Below, piece by piece: positions 12,617-26,634 of a DNA stretch of 64,000 bases (within the stretch, counting starts at the first letter, position 1; every line of letters starts with the position of its first letter). The notes under the pieces are model-generated. The model saw only the letters and a program-made list of their open reading frames with translations. It searched no databases and had not been told where the DNA came from. Location: assembly GCA_004022145.1 (NCBI GenBank), contig RCNU01000006.1; one strand, 5' to 3'. Both the position numbers and the translations under genes were made by a program. This DNA is from Paecilomyces variotii. Its lineage: Eukaryota.

Positions 12617-14917
12617 TCATTGCTTCGGAGTCGAGAGGAACTTGGGCCACTTCTCGCCCTCTGGGACCTTCACGCGACCAAAGTTCTCATCGAGGTCGAG
12701 GATGAGCTTCAGAGCGTTGCGACATCTCAGGTACGGAAGAGGGGCCTTGGCAACCTGCAGGCCGACGCCGGGTTCGACACTACCGGTGGGCGTAATAGAG
12801 GTCATCGCAGCCTCAGATCCGGGCATAGGCAGCACATTCTGGAGGACTTCATACGCCGCAAGGGTGAAACCGAACTGAGGAGAGGAACGGAGAATACGAG
12901 CTGGTCCTCCCTTGAAGAAAGCCCGGAAGCCCTCCTCCTTCCAGACGGTCGTCGCGCAGTGACGCAGAGACGTGTATCCGGTCTCTCCCTTGCGGGCCTC
13001 GACTTGCAGACGAGTCTTGATAACATCGCACGGGGTTGTCAGGTAAGCTGCAGGCATACCCGCAATGGCACCGGCGGTCAGGAGCTGCACAACGCCAAGC
13101 TTCTTCGTCTGCGACTCTCCGAAAAAGTCGGACTTGAGGTGGGAATAGGTGGGGAAATAGATGGCGGAGAAAGGAACTAAACCGGGTCAGTTCCATACGC
13201 TTCTTTAGATGTATGAAAGATTAAACCCACCATCGCGAAGCAGACAAGCACTGGCACCCTTGTACAGACCTACCAAACCAAGGTTCTTCACGATCCACAT
13301 CGCTGATCGACGAGGAGCACCTTCGACATTCTTGGCGATCTCGCCCTGCACTTGCAGACGGATCTTCACGATTTCCAGAGGGTTGGTGAAGATCTGGTGG
13401 ATTAGATTAGATTCGTCTCGTCGACTCAAAGCGATCGTTAACTCGACTTACCACTTGACAAGCTCCGGCCGTACCACCCGCCAAAATCTCCCAGGGATAC
13501 CAAATCTTTCCTGTTTGCTTGTCGGTGAAGTGGCCGCGGACCAGGTCGTTAACGGTCAATTTGATGGCCTTCTCGGGAGCGACACCGATCAGCTGGGGCA
13601 AGACACCCGAGTAGAGACCCAAGAAGCCCTCATTGCGGATGACTTTCCTCGCGCAGTCGATGGAATTGTTGTACAACCTCTCACCGACACGGGTGCTACG
13701 TTGGTTCTGCATTCTCGTTTTCACCAGGTCAATGGGGTAGACCATGAAAGCACCAAAGGCTCCAGCAATGCTACCGAGCGCAAAGTGGTGGACCGACTCC
13801 AGGACATTGTGGAGGACGGATTTCGTCTTTTCGACCGCTTTGCCAGCGGTCGAGGCGACAGCTCGTTCACCAAGGGCCAGCGGGGTGTGCCAGGACGCAT
13901 CGATGACCTTGGCGAAATCCTTGAGAGAGAGTCTTCCCGTGGGTGCATCCAGACCAGCGAAATGGAACAGAATATCGGCCTCCATAGGTGTAAAGAAAGA
14001 AAAGCGGGTGATGCGGGCAGCCTCGTTCAGGAAATCAGCCCGCGTGATCTTGCCATCATCACTTTTGCGCGTCGCCTCGCGCAGAATGAGATCAATGAGA
14101 TCCATCTCACGGATGACATTCTGGAACGCGCGCACGTTGGCGTAGGAGATCTTGCTGCCGGCAGAGATGTTGCAGAGCGTGGGGAGGTGCTCCAGCAAGT
14201 AGTCGGAGAGCTTGTGCCTGGCGGTGCTCAGGATGATGCGCTGGAAATCTTCCGGCTCAATGTAGCCATCACCGTCCTTGTCGAAGTAATGGAAGGCCTG
14301 GCGGATACGCTCGCCCTGCAGTCCACGCAGCATCTGTGCGAACTGGGGGTATGTCATGTCATGACGGGTCTTCTTCCTGCCGACATAGAGCGACGCCCAT
14401 TCCGAGTTCCAGTCGAAGGGGACGCCATCCGATCCTTTGTTGAGATTGTACAGTTTCTGGAAGGTCTCGTACTTGACCGCACCGGTGCCTTCGACGTCGA
14501 ACAGGCGGAAGGCAACCTCGTACTCCGCATCGGGCTTGCTGAGCAGGTTCTCGAAGGTGGCCCAGTCAGAGATGTTTATCCGGCCCGTCTGTCGTCGATC
14601 GGCGACGGCGAAGAGAATGCTGTACTGCTCGCGCTTGATTTTATGCTGCCGTGGACAGAAAACAATCGAGTCAGCTTTCAACAACCTATGACTCACCCCA
14701 TTGCGCAACACCAAGGGCAACGACTGCAGCCACTTACATAGTCCTCTTCCTTGGGTGCAATGGCTTCCACAAACTCCTGCTCAGTCATGTACAGTTCACC
14801 GGTCTGTTCATCCTTGCGCGCATGCTTCAGGAAGTTGGCCTTGATCTGCTGGGTGAGCTGCGGCTCCTCCGCCGTCCCCAGGAGTGACGCCTTGACAGTC
14901 TCCGTCACGCTCGACAT
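12617..14917 (-). CDS. AGC1: Ca-binding mitochondrial aspartate/glutamate carrier (Agc1/Aralar-citrin type), multi-exon
   Basis: EF-hand-like loops ([26 protein letters not shown]) followed by three carrier signatures [30 protein letters not shown], and [14 protein letters not shown]. Introns near 14.7, 13.4 and 13.2 kb. Confidence 0.95.
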
Positions 14918-17432
14918 GGTAATTCCAAATTACAACAACTGCAATCAATCACAGTGATGGATTGTTGTCCTGCCACACACAAAGCCCCGTCCTATTCCCA
15001 GAGTGTCCGTATGGACAACTTGACTTGTGACTGAGGGTCAGAGCAAGCTAACACAAAGGGACCAGAACAACGGATAGCGTGCAATGGCCGGACAGATAAC
15101 AGCAAAGGCAATAATACACAACGGGAGACACAGGAACGCAGGATGACAGCTCCAGGCCAGACAGAGACGATGATAGAACTGAATCAAGCTGTCCCAAACA
15201 GAACCAGAGTGTGATAGCCGTCTCGCAGTTTTTTTTTTGGCGCCAGGACCTGCGGGAATCGGCGAAGCTTAACGCCTTTCGCAGCGCAGGCCACGCGAGT
15301 CCCAGCAAGCAAAAAAAACACTCAGCGACGGCCTTCACCGCCCCGGCCAGGGGCGTGGGGTCGGGCCAAGCTCCGGTATCCCCGATGGTTGTTTAGTTAT
15401 TAGTATTATTATTAGTAGTTAGATACTTAGTTAACTAGTTAGTAGTTAGTAGTTAGTTACAGTATTTGATACTACTACTATCTTGCTCGTTATGCCTACT
15501 TGAGTAGCATCTCACGGATACCAAGTAACTAACACTCATACTGGACGCTTGTCCCTCCTGAGTTCCTGAGTCCTACTGGATTTGCATCTACCCGTTGTTC
15601 TCCAGAAGGGTAACCAGAGTTGAGTCATTGTCACTTTTCCTAGTTAATCGCCCCGTGAGGACCCATCCTACGAAAAACTCCCGCCAAGGTCATCTAGGGC
15701 CCCGAATCTCGGAGCACGCGCAAGATCCCTTCGAGTCGGGAAAACAAGCGCTCCAGGCAGGCTCTAATCGGGTGTCCTGATCCCGAACAGGATCTAAGAG
15801 TGACCGTGGGAAACAGCAGTACTCGTCGTCTCTCGGCCGGTAAGAAAGACATAAGATCCGTCAGAGCTGACAGTATAGGGAAATAATAATATAGTAAAGA
15901 TTAATAGCTGAATTCACTGACATCAACGCAACATGCCTGCACCTCACAATCGAATCTCGTAACCTAATGTTATTATTATTATTATTATTGTTCCAGCGCC
16001 GGAATCCTTTTTTTTTTTCGACGGGTTTCCAGCCGCCATCTTCTCCAAATTTTACAGTTCTGACCGAACATGCCAGTGATTTACCCGAGAGGTAAACGGG
16101 ATGCGGAGCACATGCGGGTCCGACCTTGGAGTAACTTAAGAAACACAGAGACCGAGCCGTTCTCCAACATCTGATTCGAGTCGGTCGAGAACTGTCAGCA
16201 TCACTACTTGCGATCCCCCGCCCTGAAGATCGCCATAATTCGCGTCCAATCGACCTCGGAATCCTCGCCAAGGAGGCTGCAATGATCTTCTCCTCCCCGG
16301 GATCACGCATTCTCACCTGGCTCGCAGCTGAGAGATCTGGTTGAACGCGGGGGTCCAGCCGACTCAGCCTATCTAGACTAGACTAGTCTAATAATAATGA
16401 TTAACCCCGACATGCTCATGCTCATGTTCACAGCTGAATCCTGATGCCCACACCGCTTCCCCCTTCCAGGAAGGCGCTCTGCGGCAACTGCGCTGCTTGG
16501 GGGAATCCGGAGTCCCCGGGGTAACACGCCCAGCCAGGGTTTCATCCCTTTCTTTTGCCAACCCCTTGGGGTAAAAATGATATTAATTAATTCCAGCATA
16601 CCTGGGGAACGAACGGCGTGGCTGGCATCCTCTTGGCAGCTGTATGGAATCACCCATATCTACAACTCCAATTACTTATGGTACGGTCCCGAGATTTCCC
16701 TAGAGGCTTCCATCATAGAAGACGCAGATCTGACAGATGAACTCACCGAAAACACCCTATTAATAATCGGCATAGGAAGCATCAGCAATGGAGGTCACTA
16801 CATGTATTATTATTATTATATTGGCCCCCAAGTTCATGTGCAGCATTGGCTATGTGGCTTCGAGAGCACTATGCCTTAGTAGTATAGATGATAATTATCA
16901 CTTGCCTAGTTGGGAAGATCAGTAAATTGTGCAGCGTAAAATTTGCATTAAATGAAGCATTTTGGAATCATATTCCTTTTTTTTTTCCCCCTAGATATCG
17001 TTTTTGATTAGTCGATAATGGCAGACTCGTAATGTAAAAACAATTGGTGGTCATATTACGATCCAGCCGCAATAAGTATGGAATCTTCTATATCCCCGAT
17101 CGATTCTTTCGGAGTAGATCCATGAGCTGTTGTATTCGTGCATAGAGGGTACTACCTCATCGAATATATATTGAAGCACCCCATTCTGGTATGTAAATAT
17201 TTACTAGTCAAAGCATCTGCATAATATGATAACGCGAGAGAATCAGCGTAAGCACAGACTGGCGTTCTGAAGCTGACACCGCGCATGTACCGAATATTCC
17301 GTCTTCTAATTTCTTACAAGGCGGGGAACTGCGTACATGCATCAGTAATATAAAAATCAGAATCCGGCTTTTCCAACTATAGTTAGAGCTGATAGATATG
17401 TCATGGTCATCCCACCTCAGTGGAACTTATTC

Positions 17433-18604
17433 TCATTCTTCTAATAGAGGCTGCAAATTCTCTGCGTTTCCATCCTCAGGCTTCTCCAGTCGAAGGAGCC
17501 TAAAAAGGAAATCTTCTATAGGAAGAAGAACCAAGATGGCCCTATTCCATCTCCGAGCTGCTGCAAGAACGCATGCACCGACGAAAGCGTCCAGGAGAAA
17601 ATGATTGGCGGTTGCAACGATGGTAAGAAGCATCGAAATCGGCCATAGCGGAGCAATGAGGCGCAGGATCAAATGCGGACTAAACTTGCACAAGCAGAAT
17701 GCGATGAAAAGAGAGTTCCCAAAATGTAAAGATGGCATCGCAGCGATTGTTAGCTGGAACTTGTTCTGTGTCCAGGCTGAACCGCCATTATTGCCACTGT
17801 GCAGGACATCGATGAAGCCGTATTCTTCCGGAAGAAGGCGTGGTGGCATGCACCTCCAGGCTGTGATGATCACAAATGCGATCACGTTTTCCATCGCAAT
17901 TGTTCGTCTGATGTTGTGGTATCTCCAGCGCGGCAGAAATGTGTAGCAGTATACAAGGAAGACTACCCCCAGGACTATGTGCGAGTAGTAGATTTTAGCC
18001 AGGACCTGCATCAGCCATGGTGCCTTCTCGAGGATGAAACGCTGTACAGATAGTTCGACATCAATGTGGAGGAGATGTTCGAGCCAGAGGATCTGAGTGG
18101 CATGAATATACGCTTGACGGAAGACAGCCTTGTTTCCAGCAATGGCTCTGGCAGATATTGCTCGTAAGCCCTGGTAGATCTACAGGTACTCAACTGCATT
18201 AGTACGGTGAGAAGATATGACGAGGGGGAAATATCCATACCCAGTATGTCAGGAGCCAGTACCAAATCTCCATCAAGAACGGGAAGTAATTTAGTAGACG
18301 AGAATGAATCGCTTTCCGGCGCCTTGGCACACTGCTCTCTGTAACAGTGCCATACTTGTAGACCGCATCCTCATTATCTCTGACTCCCTCTGGACCGACT
18401 GTAACTACAGGCTTATTGAGGTCATCGTTGGTTTGCAGAGGCGTGGACGATTTGCGTCGATTGATGATCGTTCCCAGCGCGAAGGTGGCGACAACCGCTG
18501 TATAACACCGGCTAGCGTTAGCAGTTGTTAATTCCTAATTGAGGTCTGACCAGATATTTAAGATTCAGCATACCCGCTGGTTCAATGATATTCTTCAACG
18601 ACAT
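17433..18604 (-). CDS. Integral membrane protein, PAP2-like (Aur1/Ipt1-type) family, 3 exons
   Basis: Motifs CMPPRLLP, AAMPSLHFG and ATANHFLLDA. Upstream exons (MSLKNIIEPA..; PFLMEIWYWLLTYW|IYQ) are joined by GT-AG introns. Confidence 0.85.
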
Positions 18605-20105
18605 ATTTCGTTTCGACGTCCGCCTGTTGCTGCCTGGATCAAGAACGCTGAGCTAATAGGTGTATAGTTGACAAGACCACCGACCCGGCAAAGAGAGAGC
18701 ACAAAAGTCGGGGTCCCAGGGACGATTAAGAAGAAAAAGAAATGAATGAGGTAACTCTGGGCTCAGATGTCCATCTCACCGAGCCATTCTGGAGGAGGCT
18801 GAACCCTACGTCAGCTCGTCAAGGTGCGATAACTGGAACAACGCGGTACTTACCGGCAAGGCACAACTTCCCGCGTAACCCATTCTCGAACCGGGGAACA
18901 ATTCAGCGACTGTAAGTGGTCTTATGGCCTTGAAAGTACGGGAGGATGACTTCACAAACGAGTCTAGCTTGCTCCTTAGGTACATGAAAGCGGAACATTG
19001 TTAAGCACACGACGCCTTGGACGGAGGTCGACGGAATGGCCGGCCTGTCGTCATCCAGTGAATAATGTCCCAGTGTTCATTTCAGCCTTGTCAACGGTCG
19101 CTGACGGCGATCATTCCGCTTCAGAAAACTTAGCACGCGACCAGCTTATACTCCGTACATTATCTATCTAATGTTATTTCGATCTAGACCATGGCGTGCC
19201 AAGTTCAATCAAGGACTCCTCCCTGGAGATGAGGAGCATATTAGTTCATGTGACAGGTCCAGAATCCCCTAAAATCGTCTTAGCAGATAGTAAGAGAAAT
19301 TGCCGTATACCTAGGTACTTCAAGAGGCGATATATGGTTACACGCTCCCGTCTACTCTATTTCTACTCAGGGAAGGGTATACCTATCTGGCCTTAATGTT
19401 TGCTTCGCCCAAGGGAAACTTTGACCCGCCTCAGAACCGAATTCTGAGACGGACTGAGCTCAGGATGTCCTCGAAGCATAACAACGTTGTTGTACGGAGT
19501 ACATACATAAAACCCCCAAGTTCTCTAGCGATCGTCGCTCCGCATTCCTCTTCTCGACCAGGCAGATCATATTAGGCTGACACCACCCTCGACCCACGGC
19601 GATCCTGTTAGTATCAGATGAAGAGCGGCTTCACTGGCATTATTGAATTTTGACAATGTCGAGTCGTGCGTCGAAGTGATGTCGAACATTGAGAGATAGA
19701 TAAACGGATTCCATCTCCTAGTACGTCGTGAATCCTGTACACCCGTGATTTGGTCAGATTCTGGATGAAGTATTTCACATGGCGTTTCCGGAGGACGAGA
19801 AGCGGAACCGACTACATATCTCTGGGAATTCTCCGAGCCTGTTCCGTCGTCCACCAACGTACGGTTATAGATGATACATGATACTGTAGAATCATTATCT
19901 TCTTATCATAGGGTACCCTTCAAGGGAGGTTTTCATATTCTCAAAAGGGTCAATGCACGGACATCGAGATTCGAACTGAGCATCAAACGGCCTGAGTCTC
20001 TACCCACTTCATTCATTTTGCTATTAACGTGAGTCCCGTAGATAGATTTTGTTGTCTTATCTTTGGACATCAGCCCATTTGCACACCTTGGAAGATTCAG
20101 TGGAG

Positions 20106-21425
20106 ATGCCTAAATCACGCCCGCTGCTACTGGAGAGATCACCTAGTCAGCTGCGAAAAAGCAAGGGACAAATGTCCTACATAAGCTCGGATATTGGGAA
20201 CAGAGGTCGAAGTTTTTCAATCATTTCTACAAGTGTCGCGACTCAATTGAAGCCGTGGCTCTTCATCATCTTGGCTTTAGCTCGTCTGGGGCTTGCCACA
20301 TAGCTGACCCGGATGAGTGGTAATACGGAAGTTTCGATGTCTGCATCCCAGTTACAGTTAGCGACCCCAAGAAAAACTACAATAAGTGCGTGATAATTCG
20401 ATTTCCTCTGCCGTATCGGGTGGGCGACGCGCACTATCCTGGAAACTCCGATGAGAAATTGCGTTGCGAAGTTGGGACATATGCGTGGCTTCAGGGTAAT
20501 TGCCCATCCATCCCAATTGGCTTTATTTTCAACCGGTGAAACGGTACGTAGGTCTCCAGCGTCATCCTTGAGACGATATATTGATTGAAATTAGTTTACT
20601 GTTCTCGGGAACCTGCCTTTCCCTATGCGCCTTTTTCAATCATTCCGTCGTCATATATCAGCGTGGCTTCGATTACAGACGCCATCTCGATACATCCGCC
20701 ATCAGTGCAGAGATCAATGTTCGAGAAACAAGGCATTGGTTACATGCTGATTGAGTACATTGATAGACCGCAGGGTCGGATGCTTTCAGAAACGTGGGAT
20801 GAAAAGAGGGATGCAAACCTGGAGACGAATCTCTTTCGAGGCCTCTCACGTGTGATTCTAGGGATCGCCAGTATACCACTCCCTCGGATTGTATCTTTTA
20901 CTATTGACCCAAGGGGCTTTCTCTCCCTGTCTAACAGGCCACTCAGACTTGACGTTCAGCAACTTGAAAACGAGCACATTCCCGTTGATTCTTGACCCTG
21001 AATGGGCATGTTCTCGTCTACTGGAAATGATACGCCCTCCCTATTGACTGACAAGCAAAGCTGTCGATGGGATTGATTCTGATGAATTTGAGAAGATGCA
21101 TACGGAATTCGTGAAATACTTCAAGGAGGAAGAACAGAAAGTGCTCGTCAAGACGAAATGCCGACATTACTCACTGAACTCCTAGAACGCGGATAGAAGA
21201 CGGGAACATTCTGGTATTGCGTTGCTCTTGATAGCCCTAGGGGCCTCTTTAGCGTTTTCTCCGACCATATTCAACACAGGTATTCAGATCAACATATCGA
21301 GGACCCGCCATTTTTCCAAAACCATGGGTCATTACTGGAGTGTTGATCCAGGGAAACTCATGTGCACAAGGGTCAAAGATAAAGAGGATTACGACAAAAG
21401 ACTTCGTGCTGCATTTGAGGATTAG
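20106..21425 (+). pseudogene. Degraded fungal phosphotransferase/APH-like (kinase-fold) family gene
   Basis: Fragments in changing frames: GSFDVCIP, IIRFPLPYRVG..PGNSDEKLRCEVGTYAWLQ, GYMLIEYI..GRMLSETW, LSNRPL..QQLENE, DYDKRLRAAF. Several stops, frameshifts and an apparent internal deletion near 21.0 kb. Confidence 0.7.
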
Positions 21426-22793
21426 AGGTTCATCCCATAAAGGTTATCAAGCAGAAGCTGAATTTCAATCTCTGGGAAGCTGTAAATGAGAGGCCGGGGT
21501 GCCTTTGCCATACGTGCTATATTGTTTTGAGTTTCCTCAAGGTTTGGAGATGTGATTAGGATGCAGGCCAACCTCCAGATTTGGCTAATACTGAAGAAAT
21601 CCCTGGCCGCGGACATTATTGAAGCTCAGAAGCAAACAGTTGGGCCTCTTCTCTCTCTCCCTCTTTGTTTCCTACTGAGGGTCTCTGGAGATTCTACTTC
21701 CATCATTTGTTCGACTGGTCTCCCGCGGTCTTTGTGTGTAAGGACTGGTTAGACTGTTGGGACAAAGGTCGCCCAGGTGATTTCTCTGCGCCGAAATATC
21801 AAAGAAAGGCTAGATGCATAACAGCTAGATTCAGACGTATCCAAACAAAGATTATGCATGCCTCATTATTCTGGTTGGCATCGTGACTCAGAGGGGTAAA
21901 CTTGTCGAAGGGATGCTAACAACCTTACTTCATACCCCTCCGAAGTATTATTCTATGGCTCTATATCACACAATAGTCTGCTTTTCTTGATTGTCTAGAA
22001 CCAGCCAAGGCTTTATTGTTCTCTTCTCCAAGTTTGGTAGCGTGTGCACCTGATGTGTCTAAGGCATCAAGTTATCGATCTCATCACAATCACCAACCTT
22101 CTGCAGATATGACCCCAACCACACAAACCGGATCTTTTACGCATTATTGGACAATGAAGAGGGGAGAAGATACTAGTAGGATGTGACTCAAGCTGTAACG
22201 TGCATCGTCTTGCGTTCGTCCGGCGCCTAGTAGTTGTTGTGAGACGTCCTTATTGGCAAACAAAAACGAGCCCGTTCCCAAGCCACCCGGTTCTCTCCAC
22301 CATACGTACAAGCCAACCGCCATACAAACCAGCGCAATCCAACAAGCAACACAAGCTTTCCTGGCCTCTCCTTCGCTACCCCTCTTCCACTTATATAACC
22401 GGGCGCCTATCCTGCGCTCCTCCTATCCTCTCCTTTCTCTTTACTAGGCATTTTCTGTGTTGGAAACAGTTCTAATTCATTTCGCCGTCGTGTTTTTTCT
22501 CGTTTTTTCTATTTTCATCTGCTTCGTTTGGCTGGTCCAATCGAACAGTCTCATTTGCACTTGGACATAATCACCCAAGCTCCATAGTCGTACTTGCGTC
22601 AATAATATCCATACCCCATCCCCCCAAAACCAGAGCAACTTTGTTGATCAAAGTCCCCCTCTGTTGATATCGAAGGAACAAGAAAAAGAAACAGCGTTTC
22701 TAGTTATCAATATCGTCATCTTCTTATTCTACATTAATACATACTCCCCCCGGCTCCCTAATCGAACCAAACTGCAATCGTCCAGATCCCATC

Positions 22794-23189
22794 ATGTACG
22801 CCGCTCGTGCTTCCAAGCCAAAGCTCTCTCTGAGCATCTCTGCCGTGACTCAAAACTCCGGCCGTCCGTCGTTGTCGCTCAAGTCTCCTGGCGCAATGCC
22901 TCGCACGCCGACCTCGCCTTCTCCTCTTAGCCCGACGGCGAGAAATACAGTGGCAAACCAGCGAGGTTACCAGACGTTGCAGGTGCCGACATATTCCTAT
23001 GCGAATTCGAGCTCATCGAAAAGTATCCTGAAGAAAAGTGCGGAGTCCAACGCGAGCAGAGACAAGCGCATCCAGTTCCAGAACAGTCCAACTGTTTACT
23101 GCGTAACCCCCATCGAGAACAAGGATGATGTCTATGGAGGCTATGTCAAGATGTCCCGCGATGAGCGACGATGGGGCAGGCGCTCTTGA
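22794..23189 (+). CDS. Small (131 aa) Ser/Pro-rich hypothetical protein with SILK and RVxF-like motifs
   Basis: Intronless ATG ORF in good context (ATCATG) after a pyrimidine-rich promoter-like region; coding-like codon usage. Confidence 0.75.
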   Translation: MYAARASKPKLSLSISAVTQNSGRPSLSLKSPGAMPRTPTSPSPLSPTARNTVANQRGYQTLQVPTYSYANSSSSKSILKKSAESNASRDKRIQFQNSPTVYCVTPIENKDDVYGGYVKMSRDERRWGRRS

Positions 23190-24015
23190 ATTACATAGGC
23201 CAAGTTTTCCGAATGAACGAACCAAAAATCCACACAATCAATCGCAACCCAGTTGAGCCACGAAGGGCTTGAAGCGCAGCGACGATTGTGGACCTATCCT
23301 GGGCGGAGTCAATACTATCAATTGATGAACAGCCGCGCCCGGCTCCGACATACACACCGTGAGGCCCGCCAATCTTCGAGTCAAACTCGTCCTTTCATAC
23401 GCGTGGTCGAGGTCGGATTAGCCAGACGAAACCAAAGTTCGGGTAAAAAAAGAAGTCAACAACAGAAACGCAGTTATGGATATTATATGATGTTATGCCT
23501 CCTAATGCCCGACTTATCGCTTGCATGTGCAGATGTAAATAGCAAATAAACATGACAGTCGTTACCGTTCTTTACCTAGTTACAGCTCTTCCCGGGTGTT
23601 GATGTAGCTTGTAAGGGTTCGTATTCGTAGATCGTATCACATCTCTGAATTAATGCAGGTTGATCCGGCTAACTGCGTGGTGGTACCTAAGCTAGGAACA
23701 CTCCAGCGACTTTCTCACTGTTCACCCTATAATATCTAGAACAGTAAATGCCGTCTAAATTTCAGAGATGTTCTTCATATCTACAAAATACTAAAGCCTA
23801 GGTTTAACCAGAATTAGGGCACCGATTCAGGGCTCAAGTGGCCCGTGCGAGATCGGATTTTGCTGCGAACCTCCGGGGAAAGATGTTCGCGCCGGCGAAC
23901 CATTTTGACCAAGCAATACGAGTGTCTTATCTTACCGGCGCTGGAACTTTCTTCACCAAATACCTTTATCTTTTATGTATTTTGTCTTCTTCATGGGCCA
24001 GTATTAAACATACAA

Positions 24016-25502
24016 ATGTTGAATTGCAGAGCAGTTGCTCCCGCACTGCGCAGGTTTCGCGGTGCTGCTGTTTCGATACCTGCGGGTTCTCATCGGAGCT
24101 TGCTCACTCTTGCTATTGAAACTTCTTGGTACATAGTCCTTGTCCCCTGGCTTCTTTTGTTCTATCTGCCATTTTGTGCTCTTTTCGGGAAAGCGAAATG
24201 CTGACTGCGATTGTTGTACCTTTTAGTGACGACACTTCCGTTGCAATTGTCGAAAAACATACTCGGGCATCCGACAGCCCGGCGACGATACACTTTCTCG
24301 AAAATGTCACCGCTGACACGAGGCAGTACCGAGGCATCCACCCCATAGAAGCGTTACAATCGCATCAAGAGAGTCTTGCAAAGCTTGTCGACAAGGCAAT
24401 AAAGTCACTACCGCCTGTTCCGGAGAGTCAGGCGAGTACCAATGGCAAAGTGATAAAGGATGCAGACGGAGGCAGGTTGCGAAGGATACCGGATTTTATA
24501 TCTGCGACTAGAGGACCTGGCATGAGATCCAACCTCTCCGTTGGGTTGGATACCGGGAAGGGACTCGCTGTAGCATGGCAGATACCTTTTGTTGGCGTTC
24601 ATCATATGCAGGCGCATCTGTTGACTCCGAGGTTGGTGTCCGCTCTGACTGCAGGAAAAGAGCACAGAAATCAAACAGGAAAGGCACATCCGGAATTCCC
24701 ATTCCTGTCTATCTTAGTCTCCGGCGGACATTCCCTGCTAGTGAGGTCTAGCTCCGTCACTGATCATGCCCTCATGGCGTCAAGTGCCGACATAGCAATC
24801 GGAGAAGCTCTCGACAAGTCGGCTCGGCTGATACTTCCGGAGTCGCTGCTCCAAACGGCAAAGAACACAATGTACGGCAAGATGTTGGAGCAGTTCGCAT
24901 TCCCTAATGGCTCTGCCGACTACAGCGACTATCGCCCTGCAATGACTCGTGGGGAAGAGCAAGTCAAGCGGGAGAGCCCTTGGGGCTGGTCCATCACGAC
25001 TCCACTAGCAAACACACGCCAACTGCAGTTCAGTTTTTCGTCTGTACCTAGCACGGTGACGAGGCTCTTTACAAATAGAGAGAAAGAAAACCAGCTCACG
25101 TCTGACGATGAGCGTGTTGCTCTTGCGCGGGAGTCAATGCGCGTATGCTTTGAGCATCTCGCCTCACGAACTGTTATTGCTCTGGAAGCTTTGCGGGATC
25201 AAGCAGGCCAGAGTGAGCAGGTCAAAACTCTTGTAGTCAGCGGTGGAGTCGCAGCAAATCGGTACCTCATGACAATCCTTCGCTCATTCCTCGACGTCCG
25301 CGGGTTCGGGCATGTCGAGCTCGTCGCGCCTCCGCCGTACCTCTGCACCGATAATGCTGCTATGATCGGTTGGGCTGGAATTGAGATGTTTGAGGCTGGA
25401 TGGCGCACTGAACTTAGCTGTCGAGCTTTGCGAAAGTGGTCCCTGGATCCGACGTCTGAAGACGGCGGCGTTCTGGGACCTCCTGGTTGGACAGCGGTCT
25501 GA
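24016..25502 (+). CDS. QRI7: Mitochondrial tRNA N6-adenosine threonylcarbamoyltransferase (Qri7/Kae1/TsaD family), 2 exons
   Basis: Presequence-like N-terminus; LAIETSC|DDTSVA across intron 24129-24226; metal motif VHHMQAH, LVSGGHS, GEALDK, VSGGVAAN, CTDNAAMIGW. Confidence 0.95.
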
Positions 25503-25898
25503 TATATCTGCCAGGACTGCTCTACTGGCGTCTGGACATTTTGTCTTCTGCATCTTGGATGTACGCTATGTGATCACCGCTTGTATCATATTTACCGATA
25601 CCCTCGAGTTTGTGCGGTTATCCTTTCTTGGAAACTTTCATGGGTCATTTAAAAGCATCAAAACTGTAAAATAGAATATACATAGAACAAGGAGATGAGA
25701 GGGAAAAAACTGCCAAGGTGGCAGATATTCACAGAACATGGTTCAAGGAAACCGTTCAAATAAAAGAAACCAAAAAAAAGAAAGAAAAGAAAAAAAAGAA
25801 AAAAAAAAATCCAATCTCCGCAAAAAGAAAGCAAGAGTAAATGATAGAATAGTCCCCTCGCAGGAGCAAAAATACATAGTATAAGTGAGATTCTCCAG

Positions 25899-26634
25899 TC
25901 AGGAGAGGAGCTGTTCCAGCCTTGGCATAGCATTTTTCTTACTCGTTTGCGGCATCTCATGTTCGCCGTGCATGTTTGCCTTGCGGTTTTCAATACTATT
26001 ATCTGATCTGATCTTTCGCGCATTTTTCAAAGACCTGAGACCACGCCCGAAACACTAGGTTAACATTAGCCATGTATGTACAGACGAAAATGTCTGGTAT
26101 CAGAGGAAAATGCAGGAAGAATTTGAAGCAAATTCTGAATGGACTTACAGCTTTCTCAACATCCTCCCATGATTCGTCCATAGCATCAGCTAGTGGCATC
26201 CATATCTGTTCGCGTAGCTGCTTATACAGAATGCCAAGTTTCTCAAACTTGGCCTCGTCCCAACTACTCCCACGTTTCTTTGCTATAAGCCGCTCGTATC
26301 TTTTACGGCACGCATTTGACGATTTGGAAGGGAAATACTCCTTCTGGATTTGTTTCCATCCGTGGCCCCGGGAGCGGGCATTGAGAAGGATATTGTCTTC
26401 TTCGTCCTGCCATGGCCCTGATGAATAAGATACTTTCCCAGACAATCGTTCTGGCCCAGATATTTGGAATTGAGCTTCCTCTCGATCCGGAGAAAGAGAG
26501 CCTCGTATGATAGAATTCTTGTTCGGTGCTCGATATTCCGGTCTTCCCCATGGAGTTGGTAGTGTGTTAGATCGTAATAGTCTTCCGTCCCCGTAGCCTT
26601 GGGAGACACCCTGCATCGTATATTTGGTTACCAT
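25899..26634 (-). CDS. Myb/SANT-like DNA-binding domain protein, 2 exons
   Basis: W..EED..L....GHGWKQIQ..YFPSKSSNACRKRYERL Myb repeat plus a second W-rich segment. Intron from 26148 (GTAAGT) to about 26056 continues CFGRGLR.. to TGA at 25899. Start codon uncertain. Confidence 0.8.

Noticed and set aside
13209-14741. 510-aa plus-strand ORF
   Set aside because: Antisense shadow of the codon-biased AGC1 exon; no recognisable motifs.
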